Part shown: in pieces, positions 1 through 14,265 of the stretch
How the letters are laid out: every line of letters starts with the position of its first letter
Position numbering within the stretch: the first letter of the stretch is position 1
DNA from: the human T2T-CHM13v2.0 reference genome, Homo sapiens
DNA: 64,000 nt
Assembly (NCBI RefSeq): GCF_009914755.1
Contig: NC_060928.1
Direction: 5' to 3' (one strand)
Position numbers and translations under genes: made by a program
The notes under the pieces: model-generated
Told to the model about the DNA's origin: nothing
What the model saw: only the letters and a program-made list of their open reading frames with translations
Databases searched by the model: none

Positions 1-611
<611 letters not shown>

Positions 612-750
612 GACAATTATCAGGAACAGGGTGCTTGCTTATAAAAGAAAGAAGTAGGTATGTGCCATTCAAGATAGGGAGGGAGAATAATTAGAGGCCT
701 CTCATTACTTTCCCAAATGTGGTAGAGCATAAAAATAAAGCCATGCATAC

Positions 751-797
751 CTTGTGCTGTGTTAGCAGCCAAAATGTAACGTTACCAACACCAGCAT
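751..797 (-). other. candidate 47-nt spliced exon
   Basis: minus strand gctgatctctgcactgccctttccctgccag|ATGCTGG...CACAAG|gtatgc; motif evidence only. Confidence 0.35.
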
Positions 798-1133
798 CTG
801 GCAGGGAAAGGGCAGTGCAGAGATCAGCAGGAACTTGATGCCAGCTTACAAGAGGAGATTGCTTAGAGGGTAGAAAAGTACTGAGCACTCTCAATAAAAG
901 CCATCTCGGAAAGTCAAGCAGAAGGGAATCTCCCCTTCATCCTCGGCAACTTCCATTGTAAATAAGGCTATCAGATAAAATCTGACCATTCAATAGACAG
1001 CTACATTTATTACTAACTTAGCTAATTACAAATCTAATTACAAATATGATTAATTTTAACATTCTATCTTAAATAATGTTAAGGCAGAGGTGATAATTTT
1101 ATTATGTGCTACTATTATAGAGATTATTATTAA

Positions 1134-1263
1134 TGTTTTGCTAAATATAACATTAATTCAAATATTTTCTTTTTTATGCCTATGAGTTGGGGAATTAATG
1201 TTATATCCCCAACTCATATAGGCATAAAAAAAGATTTGAATTAATGTTATAGTTAGTAAAACA
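1134..1263. repeat. long imperfect inverted repeat (hairpin)
   Basis: 1134-1193 is nearly the reverse complement of 1206-1263; 12-nt loop. Confidence 0.92.
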
Positions 1264-1397
1264 AAAGTATGTTTTTAATATATCAGACAGTCAGACAACT
1301 ATATAGTTAACTGTATATTTAGCTTCAAATACATATAATGTCTCGGGGAAAGTAGCCATTTTAAGTATATGCAGAATTTTAGGACCAAAGTCCATAT

Positions 1398-1548
1398 AGC
1401 AGTGGGCTGGCTGCACATTGGTATCACCTGGAAAGCTTTAAAAATTGCTATTTTCTAGGCCAATCCCTGTGCACTGACACCAGAATCTCTGAATCAGGCA
1501 CTGATAGTTTTAAAGACTGATAGGAAATTCCAATTTTCAGTCACAGTT
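1398..1548. mobile_element. MER5A-like hAT-Charlie fossil
   Basis: GGCTGCACATTGGTATCACCTGGAAAGCTTTAAAAA...CAGAATCTCTG resembles MER5A. Confidence 0.6.
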
Positions 1549-2149
1549 CAAATTTATTGTTAAAAAGGAAAGCAAAATTGCCCCTAACAATCTGCCCCTT
1601 AACTGAATCTTTTGGTTTCGATCTCTGGGTTTGGGTCCTTTATCAATTGCTTAAGACACAATGGTTGAGAACTCTCAGATAAGTGTGGAAGACTGAATAT
1701 ACAAGTTTATATCTGCTTATCCCCAGAACCCCAGGAAAACTGACAGTAAAGCAGTAAAAACAGGTACCACAAAGAAAATACGACAGGAGATATACTTGAT
1801 GCAAGATAAAACGAGCCTTTTGGAAGATGGAAAGCACACAGACAAGTGGCAAGTAACTTGGAGCTGAGAAAACCATCAAGTAGCATGCCACTCAGTGCCA
1901 CAGCATCTCAGAATTGCTCAGGAATCGCGGTACCAGGAGCTGATGGCAAGGGTGTAGAGTAGAGCCAAGTGAGAGAAATGATTGCAAGTTTCTACTAGAA
2001 GCAGTTTAGAATATCAAATTTCTTCCCCTGATGAACTCCAGCCAGGTGACTGATCTCTCCCTTGCCTCAAAGGAAATAGGAAATTAATCCTGGATAGAAT
2101 AAAACAGAGACCTCAAAACTAAGGACACCAGAAACAGCAAAGGCCTGTG

Positions 2150-2445
2150 CTGGTTAAATCCTCCCACAACTGTGAAAGAGAGGTGTCATTAGCCCTATTT
2201 TACAGATGAAGATCTGTAGTGAAGGGCAAAGCCAGCATTTACAACTACCATGGGCCTGGCATGATAACAACTTGCCTCATTCAATCTTCAAAGCAACCAT
2301 AAGAAGTAGATACTTTTAGCTCCATGTTAGAGATGAAGAAATCATCGTTTAGAGATGTTACGTATCCAAGGCCCTCTATGTGCCAAATAGCCCAGCCGGA
2401 ACATGGGTCTTGGCTGTGTCTGACTTCAGAGCCTGAGTATTTAAA
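2150..2445 (-). mobile_element. MIR fragments
   Basis: CCCTATTTTACAGATGAAGA and CCATGTTAGAGATGAAGAAATC MIR core motifs. Confidence 0.65.
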
Positions 2446-3385
2446 CACGAATGTAAAAGCATAAAGCAGAGCCTGGTTTAGTGATACAGTATTTATTTTG
2501 CAAATGTCTTTTGGTAAAATCTCCTTTCTCTTTTTTTTTTCCTGACTGTGGCTAGGAAGAGGTAATCTGCATTCCTCTTCTTCCGTATAGCCAACTTTCA
2601 AATACTTTAATTAGTGCAATTTACCTCAATTCAAGCCTCCTTGATATGTCAGGAGGTTGACTGAGATGGACTTCAATAATTCTCAGAACAAAAATATAAG
2701 TGTACTATATTTTTGTTAAAAGCATTAACCAAGTACTTTTCTACAAATAGCAATATAATATACATTACATTATTTCTCCTTGCAATTTTGTAGTCAGGAA
2801 TTTTATGCAGTAAAAAATCTCCAGTGCTACAGTAACTAGATACATAAAGCAAGTTCTTCCTTCCTTTTTAATGATACTCCTCTCACTCTAAGTGGGAAGA
2901 ATAGAATCTCACATTGAAAAGATTCTTGGGCTCATTGGTCCAACTTTCTCATGTGCTTACTACTGGGAACACTTGGTTCCAGAAAAATGATTCTCTCAAA
3001 TGAGCAAATAATTTTCCATAATACTTAGGCCAAGACAATATGTCTTGCTCATGGAGTGTAGAATGAATAAAGGAGAGTCAGGGTTTAAAAAGAAAAGAAA
3101 AAAGTTGTAGCATTATGTCAGAGTGCTAAGGAACTAGAGGCCCCATTAATTCTACTTTCTCTATGAAAAAAGTACTGTTCTTCGTGTTACTCTGATCACG
3201 AAGGTAACTGGGCTGGGGTAGGTTGGGAGGTGGAGATTTGGCTCAAGCTCTGATCCATGAACGACCTCCAAATGTGGATATGTGGCATCATCTCCAAGTG
3301 AGTTTTACATGTAAATTGAAACAGAAATGTCCTCAAGAGGTTGAAAGATGCTTATTATACACATGAAACTTAGATCTCTGTACTG

Positions 3386-3834
3386 CAAAGGTTCTCAAAG
3401 TGTGGTCTGGCTGTCCACGAGGTTAATGCTATTTTCATTAGAATACTAATACATTATTTGCCTTTTTCATTCTCATTTTCTCATAAGTACATAATGGCTA
3501 CCTTTGGTGTGATATCTCAACATACTGAATGCAAAAGGAGATAAGAGAATCTACCTATCTTCTATTTAATGAGACATTAAGGAAATCTGGAAAAATAGAG
3601 AACAATGCCACTCATTCTATATATATGTACTTTTGTTGTTTTTGAAAGTATAATTAAAAAAATATAAAGATATGTGACTTTGTTAACATGTAATGAGTTT
3701 ATTATTTTCAGGTTTAATTTCTAATAGATAAACAGCAATAGATAAAATCCATATCAACAAAAGCTTTGGGGAGCTTATTGCTATTTATAAAAGCATAAAG
3801 AGGTCTAGATGATCATAAAGTCTAGGAATTGCTG
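3386..3834 (+). mobile_element. MER119-like non-autonomous hAT-Charlie DNA transposon
   Basis: starts CAAAGGTTCTCAAAGTGTGGTC, ends GGAATTGCTG; 8-bp TSD CTGTACTG (3378-3385) / CTTTACTG (3835-3842). Confidence 0.75.
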
Positions 3835-4154
3835 CTTTACTGGGTCGTAACACCTACAGTGAATTATAAATTTAGAATTCATCCTGTAATTTTCTTGTGA
3901 ATTACAAAAATGCAGTGCATTATATTTTTGTTAAAAGTATTAACCAAGTAATTTTCTATAAATAGCAATATAATATACACATACATAATAGAAATATAAC
4001 TCTTTAAAATATGCCACAATTTTTATAAACCTGCTTTGACATCTCTTTAATTAAAATATGCTAAGAGCTTAAAAAACATCAGGTCTTTCTTGAGTTCTGA
4101 ACATCCATTAGTGAAGAAAATGCAAGATTGAACTTATATTTTGGCATGGCAAAT

Positions 4155-4365
4155 ACTAATGCTCATATTCATGGAGCTCTTACTCTGTGCTAGATGCATT
4201 TCTAAGTGCTTTCCACTGGCTCTTCTCACGGAGTCCTCACAACAATGCTCGAGGATGGTATCGAAGCCCAGAGAAGTTCAATAACTTGTCCAAGGTCAGA
4301 CTGCTGGTAAAAAGCTAGGATTTGGACCCAAGTAGCCTGTATCCAGAGCTCCTGCTCTAAATCAT
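4155..4365 (-). mobile_element. MIR
   Basis: GAAGCCCAGAGAAGTTCAATAACTTGTCCAAGGTCA...GGATTTGGACCCAAG. Confidence 0.75.
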
Positions 4366-4577
4366 ATGGACCACCATGATTCATCCAGTCCATTCCTGTC
4401 TTAGGAATCTTCCTCTCTTACTTGCCAGAAGGCACTTTAGTACAAACGAGGACAGGAGGACTACAAATCAGAAGGGCTTTTAAGAGTATGGCAGGCCCTT
4501 AATGTAGATTGAGGTCCATGGTTCTGCCTTCTGTTGCATTTACATTGCGAGTTCCTTTAGGGTAGAGTTCTGCTTAC

Positions 4578-4765
4578 TCTGCGTTATTTATTCACTGGGA
4601 AACATCACCCTATGTGTGAAGCGCTTCAGGGCTGGGAGGTCAGATGGTAGTTTTAAAGGACTTTTTCCCTGGGGAGTTGTGTCACAAGAAATTCTCATAA
4701 CGGCAATATGTCCCCCTATTTCCATTATGCAAATCTGATTGCCTTAATCAGTCCTCCTTCAGCAC
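4578..4765 (-). other. candidate 188-nt non-coding exon
   Basis: minus strand attacatttctttttcag|GTGCTG...CGCAGA|gtaagc; stops in all three frames. Confidence 0.3.
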
Positions 4766-4910
4766 CTGAAAAAGAAATGTAATACTAGGACACAAACTGG
4801 TGCAAGAGAAACAATAAGTGATTTTTCCCAAGTCCACGATTAGACAGAGGGTGAGAGAGCTAGCTGGCCTGATGTTATCACATCCAGATGTGATGGCAGC
4901 CTTTAGTCTA

Positions 4911-5328
<418 letters not shown>

Positions 5329-7019
5329 GTCTCTCATTAAAGAGTTTTGTTTGCTTTCATTAGACCCATACTTCCTTGTAGACAACAGTTGATTTAGAAA
5401 TTTTCCTCTGCATTTCTGTTCAAATGCAAATTCTAGTTATCAAAGAACCAAACAAAGAATGACAGGCATTTTTTTGTTTAAGTATCATGACTTACATACC
5501 TACTAGCAGAAACATTATTTCTTGTCAGCTGGGGAGCCTGGGAGTGGGGAGAACAGTGCTCTGATGGAAAATCCAAATCAGGTGTTCTTCCTACCTGTGT
5601 AAATTTTTAATAATTTACTCAGCTCTTACAACTTTTATCCCATCGTGATATAAATGTAACACCAGGATAAAATTATGGCTGAACAGTGACACACAAAAAG
5701 AGTATTTTCATTTCAAGTGAGAGGAGATGCAAATCACATCTGTGATTAGACATTTTAAAAACTGGTTTTTTGAGCACCATCCAGGGATTTAGCCTCTTGA
5801 GTAACAAAGCTGGCTTTATTACATGGAACCCATATAATTTAATAGGTGCACAGCGATACAAAAACACTATTACAAATGTGAAATGACCTGGCCCTACCAA
5901 AATAAAAACCATTCATCTAGTAATTTCTTGAGTTCTTTTCACATTCAGATGACAAAATAGAAGCTTCAATTATAAATATAGGTTTATATTTAAAATACCT
6001 AAGACAAGGTTTTGCATAGAAAAATAGGAGCTTAGCATATGCTTGTTAATACATGGCAAAGGTTAATTTAGAAATTTCATCTTCTTCACAATTGGAAACA
6101 GTATTTGGAATAATGCCTCTGTCAGACTTTATTCAAAATTTATTTACAAACAGTGATCTTAGGACTTTCACCTTTCAACATGTAAAACTGGGTAATCAAT
6201 CTTTATATTAGAAGTTTTAATTTTAAAAACCCATAATAATTATTCTGTATACAACTTATGCCCCAATGTAACAATTCTCCAAAGCTAATAAAAGAAGCAT
6301 AGTTCTTTAAAGGAAAGATATCATAAATACATTTAAAATAATAATTCCCATTTTAAAAGGAGATAAAAAGGGGAGGAAGGAGAAAGGCCTGATTTCACTT
6401 TCATAAATTCATTTAATGATCCTAACGAACAAATAAATGCTATCATCTCCTTTAAGAGATAAGGAAAGTGAAGCTCAGATGCTGCTGCTGCTTGCCAGTC
6501 TCAAGTCAGATAAACAGGGAAGTTAGGATTCAAACCCAAATCTGTCTGACTCTAGGACAATAGTGCTTACCTCTACTAAATGAGAAGAGTGAAAAGACTA
6601 CTATATAACTGAATAAGCTTCACTGTTATTTGATGAAGGTCCCCAGAATTTATTCAAGCTCTCTCCATGCTAAATGACCTTAATCACTAAAAGTAGATTC
6701 ACTCGATTAAAGTATCCCTCTAGAACCACTTCAGATGAACATGAACAGTTCTTGGAAGAGGGTACCACTGGCAGAGTCTATGCTTATCAGAATTTTTTTT
6801 CTAGCTAAGCTCAAGGCATCAACTGTCTAGCCCGGATTTACTATCATTTGTAGCTAATTTTGAGGCAAATTGCAGTCTCCACCTTCCCTCCCTCTCTCCT
6901 TCCCTTCCTTCTTTCTTTCCTTCCTTTTTATATAAAATATCAGTATTATCTCAGATTTACCTTCATTTTTTCTTGGTAATAGCTCCCAACACATCCATTT
7001 TCTAAAAATGTTGTTTTCT

Positions 7020-7240
7020 TTTTAATTTATCTTTTATTTCAACTTTTATTTTAGATTCAAAGGGTACATGTGCAGGTTTGTTACATGGGTATGTTGCATG
7101 ATGCTGAGGTTTGGGGTACAAGTGATCCCCTCACCCAGGTAGTAAGCATAGCGCCCAGTAGTCTTTTAACCCTTGCTCTCCTTCCACCCTCCCCCTCTAG
7201 TAGTCCCCAGCGTCTATTCTTCCCATCTGTATGTCCACCA
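7020..7240 (-). mobile_element. old L1PA/L1PB 3' end
   Basis: TTTCAACTTTTATTTTAGATTCAAAGGGTACATGTGCAGGTTTGTTACATGGG. Confidence 0.85.
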
Positions 7241-7649
7241 ACACATACCATTTTGATTAAATACTTGAATGCAATAGACTGCCATTTAAAGAAATGTCTA
7301 ACAATATCCTGTAATGCAAATGACCTTTAGGCAATTGGAAATGGAAGGGTGGAGACTTATTACTTGGGTAACTGTCCTGAAGACACGATAGAGCCCATTA
7401 TGCCTCATTTTCAAAACTACAGGCAGCATTACTTACTTTCAATACCAATCTCTTGGAAACTCTGAGGACAATCCAAGTAACAGTCCTAGATCACTGAAGG
7501 TGTTTAAAAGAGGAGAAGAAACAGTAAGACATAGTGGTTGAGGGGAAAGGCTCTGTTATTGAATAAGCTCACTTTCAGAGGTACCCTAAGGCAAATAAGT
7601 GTGACATTATTTGTCTTAAACAATCACAGTCTTAAAATATTTCCTTATG

Positions 7650-7835
7650 AGGTCTGAATTCCAGCTCCACCAATTTATAACACTCTGGACAAGTTTCTTA
7701 ACTTACTTGAGCTTCAGCTTCCTCATCTGAAAAAACAGGCATAAAAAGGCAGTGACTTCATAGGGTTCCATGAGATAATACATGTAAAGTACCTAGCTCA
7801 GTGTCTGGCATGTAGAAAGTACTCAATCAATTATG
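7650..7835 (+). mobile_element. MIR
   Basis: GGACAAGTTTCTTAAC...GAGCTTCAGCTTCCTCATCTGAAAAA. Confidence 0.75.
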
Positions 7836-9584
7836 ACTTTTAATTAATCACATTCTTAATATTTTCTCTTGGGACATCTATAGTTTTTCACCAGAATGTG
7901 TGCTTTATTTTTGAAAGCATGTTGCTTTTTAGAAAAGAGCCAAAGTTTTTCCAGTAGTTATACAAGGCAAAAAAATTTAATCAGAAAAATATAGAAAGTA
8001 GACAGGAAAGAACTCCAGTCATGACAGCAGATACCTTGAGAGTGGCAGGAAAACTTTCAGCAGATCATCTCAGTAGAATAATAACTGCACAAATGACAGG
8101 CATATAACTAGCAGCGGTCATAGATCACTTATGGCAGTTAGCACAATAAATTCAATATGGCTTATGAGTTAAGAATATTTATACCATATATAAATTACTT
8201 CAAGGATACAGACCAGGGAAGTAGCCTGGGGGAAAGGATAACAGAGACAAACTTTAGTCTAAATATGAAAGGAAATCTGGAAAGAAAATGAATACTTCTA
8301 CTGTAAGAACACTTACAATACAAATAATAAGTCAGATGTCAGATTAGGAGAAAGCAAGGAAAATCTCTGAAATCCTGCTGAGAAACTAGCATAGCAAACC
8401 GCCAGTAACACTCTGGTTCACCTAAAAGAATTTGTTATTTTTCTTAAACTGTGGTCATAAAGACATTAATTGTTATTCTGTTTTAATATTAATAATATCA
8501 CACTTCAAAGTATGTCATAGTATCTTTTAGGTCAACATTATTCAAGAGCATTACTATTCTATTCCGAAAGTTTTATCTTATAAAAAAATGATAATTTTTT
8601 TCCCATTTGGTTTCTGTTACCATATCTTATCAAAATAAGAGTTTGGCTTTTTTAACTTAAAAAATTAAATACACATAGTGCTTCCTGATGCCATTCCACT
8701 ACCATACTATGTATTTGTCATTTTTCAACAGTTTTAACACATGCACAGTACAAACTCTTATTTTGGAGAAATAAGTAAGATTGCTGACTGAGGTTTAAAA
8801 AAGAAAATGATCAACTGAGCCCTTAAATAAAAATACCACATGCTTTTCATCCATTTTCTCACTACTGTATTCACTGAACAGCTCTTATAAGAATAAAACT
8901 TTAAGGAATATGAACTTGTGGCAAGACCAGAAAGAATATTCTGGAACTACGCTTTGAAGTAAAATGATTCCCCTAACATCAGGAGACTTAATACTACAAT
9001 TTCACCGTGAAAATAATCACAGATGAATGTTCTGACCAGGACTAATTGTCTTTGAAGTTCTCTAAATTCAAGTATTAAAAACAGTGCTTGACAAAACTCT
9101 TTACCTTATCAAAAAGTTACAAAGAAAACAACTTGTGGGCAAGGCTCAATCTACTTTGGCTTGCATATAAAATCAAACCTGTAACATTAAGCGAAATTAA
9201 AAACTGTACAAGAATCATGTTACTAAGGCAATGTAAATTTGAGAGCCTGACCTTTGGTCCTTATTTCATAGTTACCAAGGTGACAAAATAACTGCTGGGT
9301 GACAGTAGCCACTTAGCAATCAAAATCAGAACAGTCAATGTATGTGCTCTTTCCTTGTGATTGTTTTATGGTATGTGTTCAAATTCTGTACCAAAAAGTA
9401 CAGCTGTAAAAACAGATTTTATGGTGAAACAAAACATACAAAAAATAAATATTATAGGTCCAGCAGAACATTCACTTGCACCTGTATGGGTCCTATGAGG
9501 TGTTTGGGAGTTGTAACATTAAAAACTGAAGGCTTTTTTTAGTGATCTGGGCCCCCACCCAACCAACAATATTAGAGTTTTAGC

Positions 9585-9930
9585 ACATTCTGTTCCATCT
9601 GCCTAGAAAACCTTTCACTTTCCCTGCCTATTTCACGCCAACTCATCCTTCAGATGTCAGCTGAAGTGTTATTTCCCTGGGGATGTCTTTCCTGACTCCT
9701 TAGATTCAAACCCTCTCCATAATATGTGGAGATATGTTATTTCCTCTCCTCCACAGCACTTGTCACAGCAGCAACTTTACATTTTTATACGTAGCAGTTA
9801 TTCAATCCATGCTTTCCCATTAGAATGCAGGCCTCATGAGGAAAAGGGGCTGATGATGCTCATTCCTGCCATTAAAACCCTAGAACCTAGCACAGAGCTG
9901 GGCATGCACTTATGCTTGTTTATGGAGAGA
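9585..9930 (+). mobile_element. L2 3' fragment
   Basis: CTCATCCTTCAGATGTCAGC...TAGAATGCAGGCCTCATGAGG...CCTAGCACAGAGCTGGGC. Confidence 0.65.
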
Positions 9931-10350
9931 TGAAAGGCAGAGGAAAAATAATTATAGTTAATTGGTTAGCCAGTTACTACTGGTTGGTTAGGTAATGATA
10001 ACTAGCATTCTACTTCAGGTCAAACAAAGTAGAATGCTACCTCCTCCACTAATCTTACTTGGTTTCCTTCTACTTTTTATCTTCTTTCTCCCTGTAGCCT
10101 CCTGCTATAGGGACCATGGAGCAAAATGTACAGGATTGGGATGGAGATCTCAACCCTGTGTATCATGGCCTTGTAGTGCCTGTACTCATTTCAAACATGC
10201 TTTACTCATCCTGGGCCTCACACCTTTCTTTTGGGGAATGTGGTTAGTACTCAAACATACATTTCAATCAAGGCTCTCTGGGGTCAAGATCACACCAAAA
10301 GAGTGGCTGTGATGTCACTGTGGCAGCCTTTCAGAATGGGTATGTGCATT

Positions 10351-10709
10351 TAATATGGTTCGGCTCTGTGTCCCCACCCAAATCTCACCTTGAAGTGTAA
10401 TAATCCCCATGTGTCAAGGGTGGGACTAGGTGGAGATAACTGAATCATGGGACGGTTTTGCCCATGTTGTTCTTGTGGATAGTGAGTAATTTCTCATGAT
10501 ATCTGATGGTTTTATAAGGGACTTCCCCCTTCTCTTGGTTTCATTCTTCTCTCACCTGCTGTCATGTGAAGAAGGACATGTTTGCTTCCCCTTCTGCCAT
10601 GATTGTAAGTTTCCTGAGACCTCCTCAGCCATGCTGAACTGTGAGTCAATTAAACCTCTTTTGTTTCTTGGGTATGTCTTTATTAGCAGCATGAGAACAG
10701 ACTAATACA
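10351..10709 (+). mobile_element. THE1C/D-type MaLR solo LTR
   Basis: TAATATGGTTCGGCTCTGTGTCCCCACCCAAATCTCA ... GAGAACAGACTAATACA; flanks GCATT / GTGTT. Confidence 0.92.
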
Positions 10710-13700
10710 GTGTTGAACACAACAAAGGCTCTGAGAACAGAGGTTATAACCAGCAAATACAGGAATCTAGCAGGTGAATAGTCTGCCTGGTCTATGACTA
10801 GGCGAGAGATGAAGGCTGATAGAGTTTGGGGTTCAAGAGGCTAGGAGGAGCCAGCCAGAAAAGAAATCTATAATACCAGATACAACAGAGTTCAGAGTTC
10901 TTAGCAAGTCCTTGCTTCTTTCCAGACTATAGACAGAATCATCTTGCTTATAAGCACTGCCCTTATGACTTATTAAAACTCAAATGTTAACATAACATGT
11001 TAACTGACATCACCTGTGATCATGAGACAATAAAAGATGGCCAACTAGTGAAAATGTAAAGGGTCTTTCAAAATTTTCATAGATATTTTTAGAGATTTAG
11101 GTTTACAGAAATATTAAGAAGAAAGCACAGAGTTCCTCTATACCATCACCCTGACCCACTCCACAGTTTCTAAAGAGTCTGTTTAAAATATACATAAATT
11201 TAACTGTCAGAAATAAAATGTTCCAAAATCTGTTCCTCTTGTTTCAAATCAATTGGCAATTTTTCTATTTTAGATAAGCATTAGCACCAGTTAACTTATT
11301 TAAATGACTTCATGTTTAGTTTATTTTGAAAGAAAATTTAGTATTGATGAAGGAGAGAGGGAGAATAAGATAGAGAGGAAAATTCAGACCTAGTCTTTGT
11401 ACTCAAAGGTAACTACAAAAATGTGTTGGTGCATACCTTTCAATACTTTTTCCTGTGTATATATTTTTAATTTTTAATATTCTACATAGTAACCAAATAT
11501 TCTGCATATTATTTTGATTAGATGATAATTATCCATATAATAGAATATCCTGGCCATATTTGTACTTTATTAAGTATTCTTCAGCCTTATTTTTAAAGGC
11601 AGCATAATATTCCATTTTATGAATAACCATACTTTATTTAACCAATGTCTCCTAGCTTTGGACATTCAATATTTATTTGTAAAATTTCAAGCATCTATCT
11701 TCCCCAATTCATTCTTTTACATATATTTAAAAAACAGTACTTTGTAGGGGTGGAAAACCCTGCAGTGAAACATCAGATAAAATGACCCTTGTTTAACTTT
11801 AGACGGATGTGCACAGTCCAAGGCCAGCAAAGTGATAAATGGGTTTTGGCAGCTCATTCTCCCTACCTTAAGTAATATTACAATGTGTCATTGGAGTGGG
11901 TCATTTAGAACAGGAAGCCAGGGACACTCTGTGGTATTCTCCCAGGGTAAATTCACAGATACCTCATAGAAGGCTTTGGCAGGATTCTCAGTATGCACAG
12001 AGAGGCATAGAAAGTGGCTTTATTTTTAAGGCTCAGATTCAGCTGAAGGATCCGCTAGGGAATCCAGAGAAGGGAATGCCTGGGCTTGGGTTAAAATAGC
12101 TGGTTTATTCTTGCCTTCACAGTGCACAAAAGCTTTACTGATTTGCCCAGCAGTCATCTGCTAATCTCACACCTTGGGATAAGTAAGTAACACACACACA
12201 TCCTCATTATGAATGAGTCCACGACTCTGAAGGGAAGGATATTCAGGAGACTGCAATTCTAATTCACATTAATTTACTACATTTTCATATCTGATTGGAA
12301 TTCAGTGTAGATATTGCAATTCAGCCCACCATGGGCTGCATACAGACTTCATCAGCAAAAGCAGCAAAATTTCAAATTTCCTGTGAAATCTCCTAAATGC
12401 TATGCTTCAAAATCACAGTAGTCAGTCATGGGGTATACAATTTTACTTTCGAGGTGGCTCTTTGATTTTTAGATGATAGAACTCTGTGGTGGAAAAAAGA
12501 AAGAATGCTACTTTTGTTTATCAATTTTCTTATAACTTGTCTCCAAAATGGAAAAATGTGCCAGTTTGTTTTTTCCCCCAGTAATAAAAGTAATGCAACA
12601 TGGTACTATAAAAAATCTATACAATATAGAAAAGAAGCTCTAGACAGTAAAAATCACCTTTAATCCCATCATCCCAAAATAGCTGCTACTATTCAGTTGG
12701 ATAACTGGTGTGTATTGTTAGAGATTGTTTTCTCCCTGACACTTAAATATTTTAAAAACTATATTAGACATTCTGGCTTTGTAACCTTCCTTCCACTTTA
12801 ATAATATACATATACATCTTTCTGTATCAATCGATATTTTTATAGCTTCATAATTAACTATTTTTAATATTTTTTAAAGTCCTGACATATTTTTTATGTT
12901 GACAATTAAATTAGTAAGACCATTTTGAGGGAAGGGGTCGTGTGTTTCAATGTTGACATCTGGCTTTCTTCCAAAGAGAGAAACTTCTTACTAGTCATTA
13001 ATTAAAATAAAGAAACCAACCACTTATAGCTACAAATTTCTGCATCAGCAAAGAAAACTATGCACAATAAAAACAAAAATAAGACCATTAAAATGTCTAA
13101 AAACAGCTTGCTTTCTTAGAGTTGGTTTTATCAGTTGTTGACTTTTGAAATGAATTAAATTAGGATTTTTGACATTTTATGTGTTGTTCAACATGTGCTA
13201 CTTAAAACTAGGTAAAAATTAAAAGATCAGATGATTGTACAAAGCAAAAGCATTAAAGCAGAAATTCAATTAAACTAAAAAAGATGTTCACTAGGCTTTA
13301 TTAAATTGAAATTAAATTAATTATGAAAAGCGAAAGTTAATTTTTAATTCTCAAAAAGAATCTTAATTTGTATCCAAAATGATGAAGGAAAAGGGTAGAT
13401 AAATTTTAAATTGTTTAGGAATCATTTAAGTAATAGATCATAAGTAGATGCATAAGAAATAAGTCATTGACTTATGATGTGTAAAGTGATTGATTTAAGA
13501 GAGCAAATTAAAATGATAAACATTATCAACTGGTGTCTGTGCTGTGTACATAATAGCACCAAATCTGCATTTACTGGTTGGCTGATTATGTCCTACTTTT
13601 CTGTTCACAGCACAGGTAGAAGATGATCTAGAAAGATGCTTTACTCTATAGGTTTACAGAATAAAACGCCTGATTCCACTTTGAAACACTGTTTTCTTAG

Positions 13701-13794
13701 GTTTATACATTAAAATACATCTCTTTGAGATTCTGATGAAAGTCATAGATTCCTTTTCTCTCTATAAAAATATATACCCATATTTTATAGACAT

Positions 13795-14265
13795 AGAACA
13801 CTCTCCCATTAGGCGCTCTTCTTTCTTGCTTACTAATGAAACTCTGAGAATAAAGACTATGTTTCCTAGTTGCTCTGTTAGCTAGATGTGCCATGTGACT
13901 AAGTTTTGGCCAATGAGATATAAGCATAAGTGTCATATTCAACTTCTAAAGAGTGTCCTTAAAGGTCAGTAGCATGGCCTTCTTTCACTCCCTCCTCCAC
14001 TTCATCTTTATTGTTGGCTCGAATGTAGATATGACAAGTTGGAGCTTGAGCTGTCATGCTGAACTATGAGAAGGAAGCCATAGGCTTAGTGAAGTAAAAC
14101 AGCAAGAGAGGAGGAGCTTCAGTCCTTGATGATTATGGAATTATCGTACGCATCCTGGATGAATTTTCTCTGGAGTCTGTACATTAGAGAGGGAAATGAA
14201 CTTATATTTTATTAAGCCACAGTTCCTTGTAGGTGTTCTGTCACTCACAGCTGAGCCTAATATTA
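13795..14265 (+). mobile_element. old MLT1 (J-like) LTR
   Basis: GCCATGTGACTAAGTTTTGGCCAATGAGATATAAGC ... TTAAGCCAC...GTCACTCACAGCTGAGCCTAAT. Confidence 0.65.
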
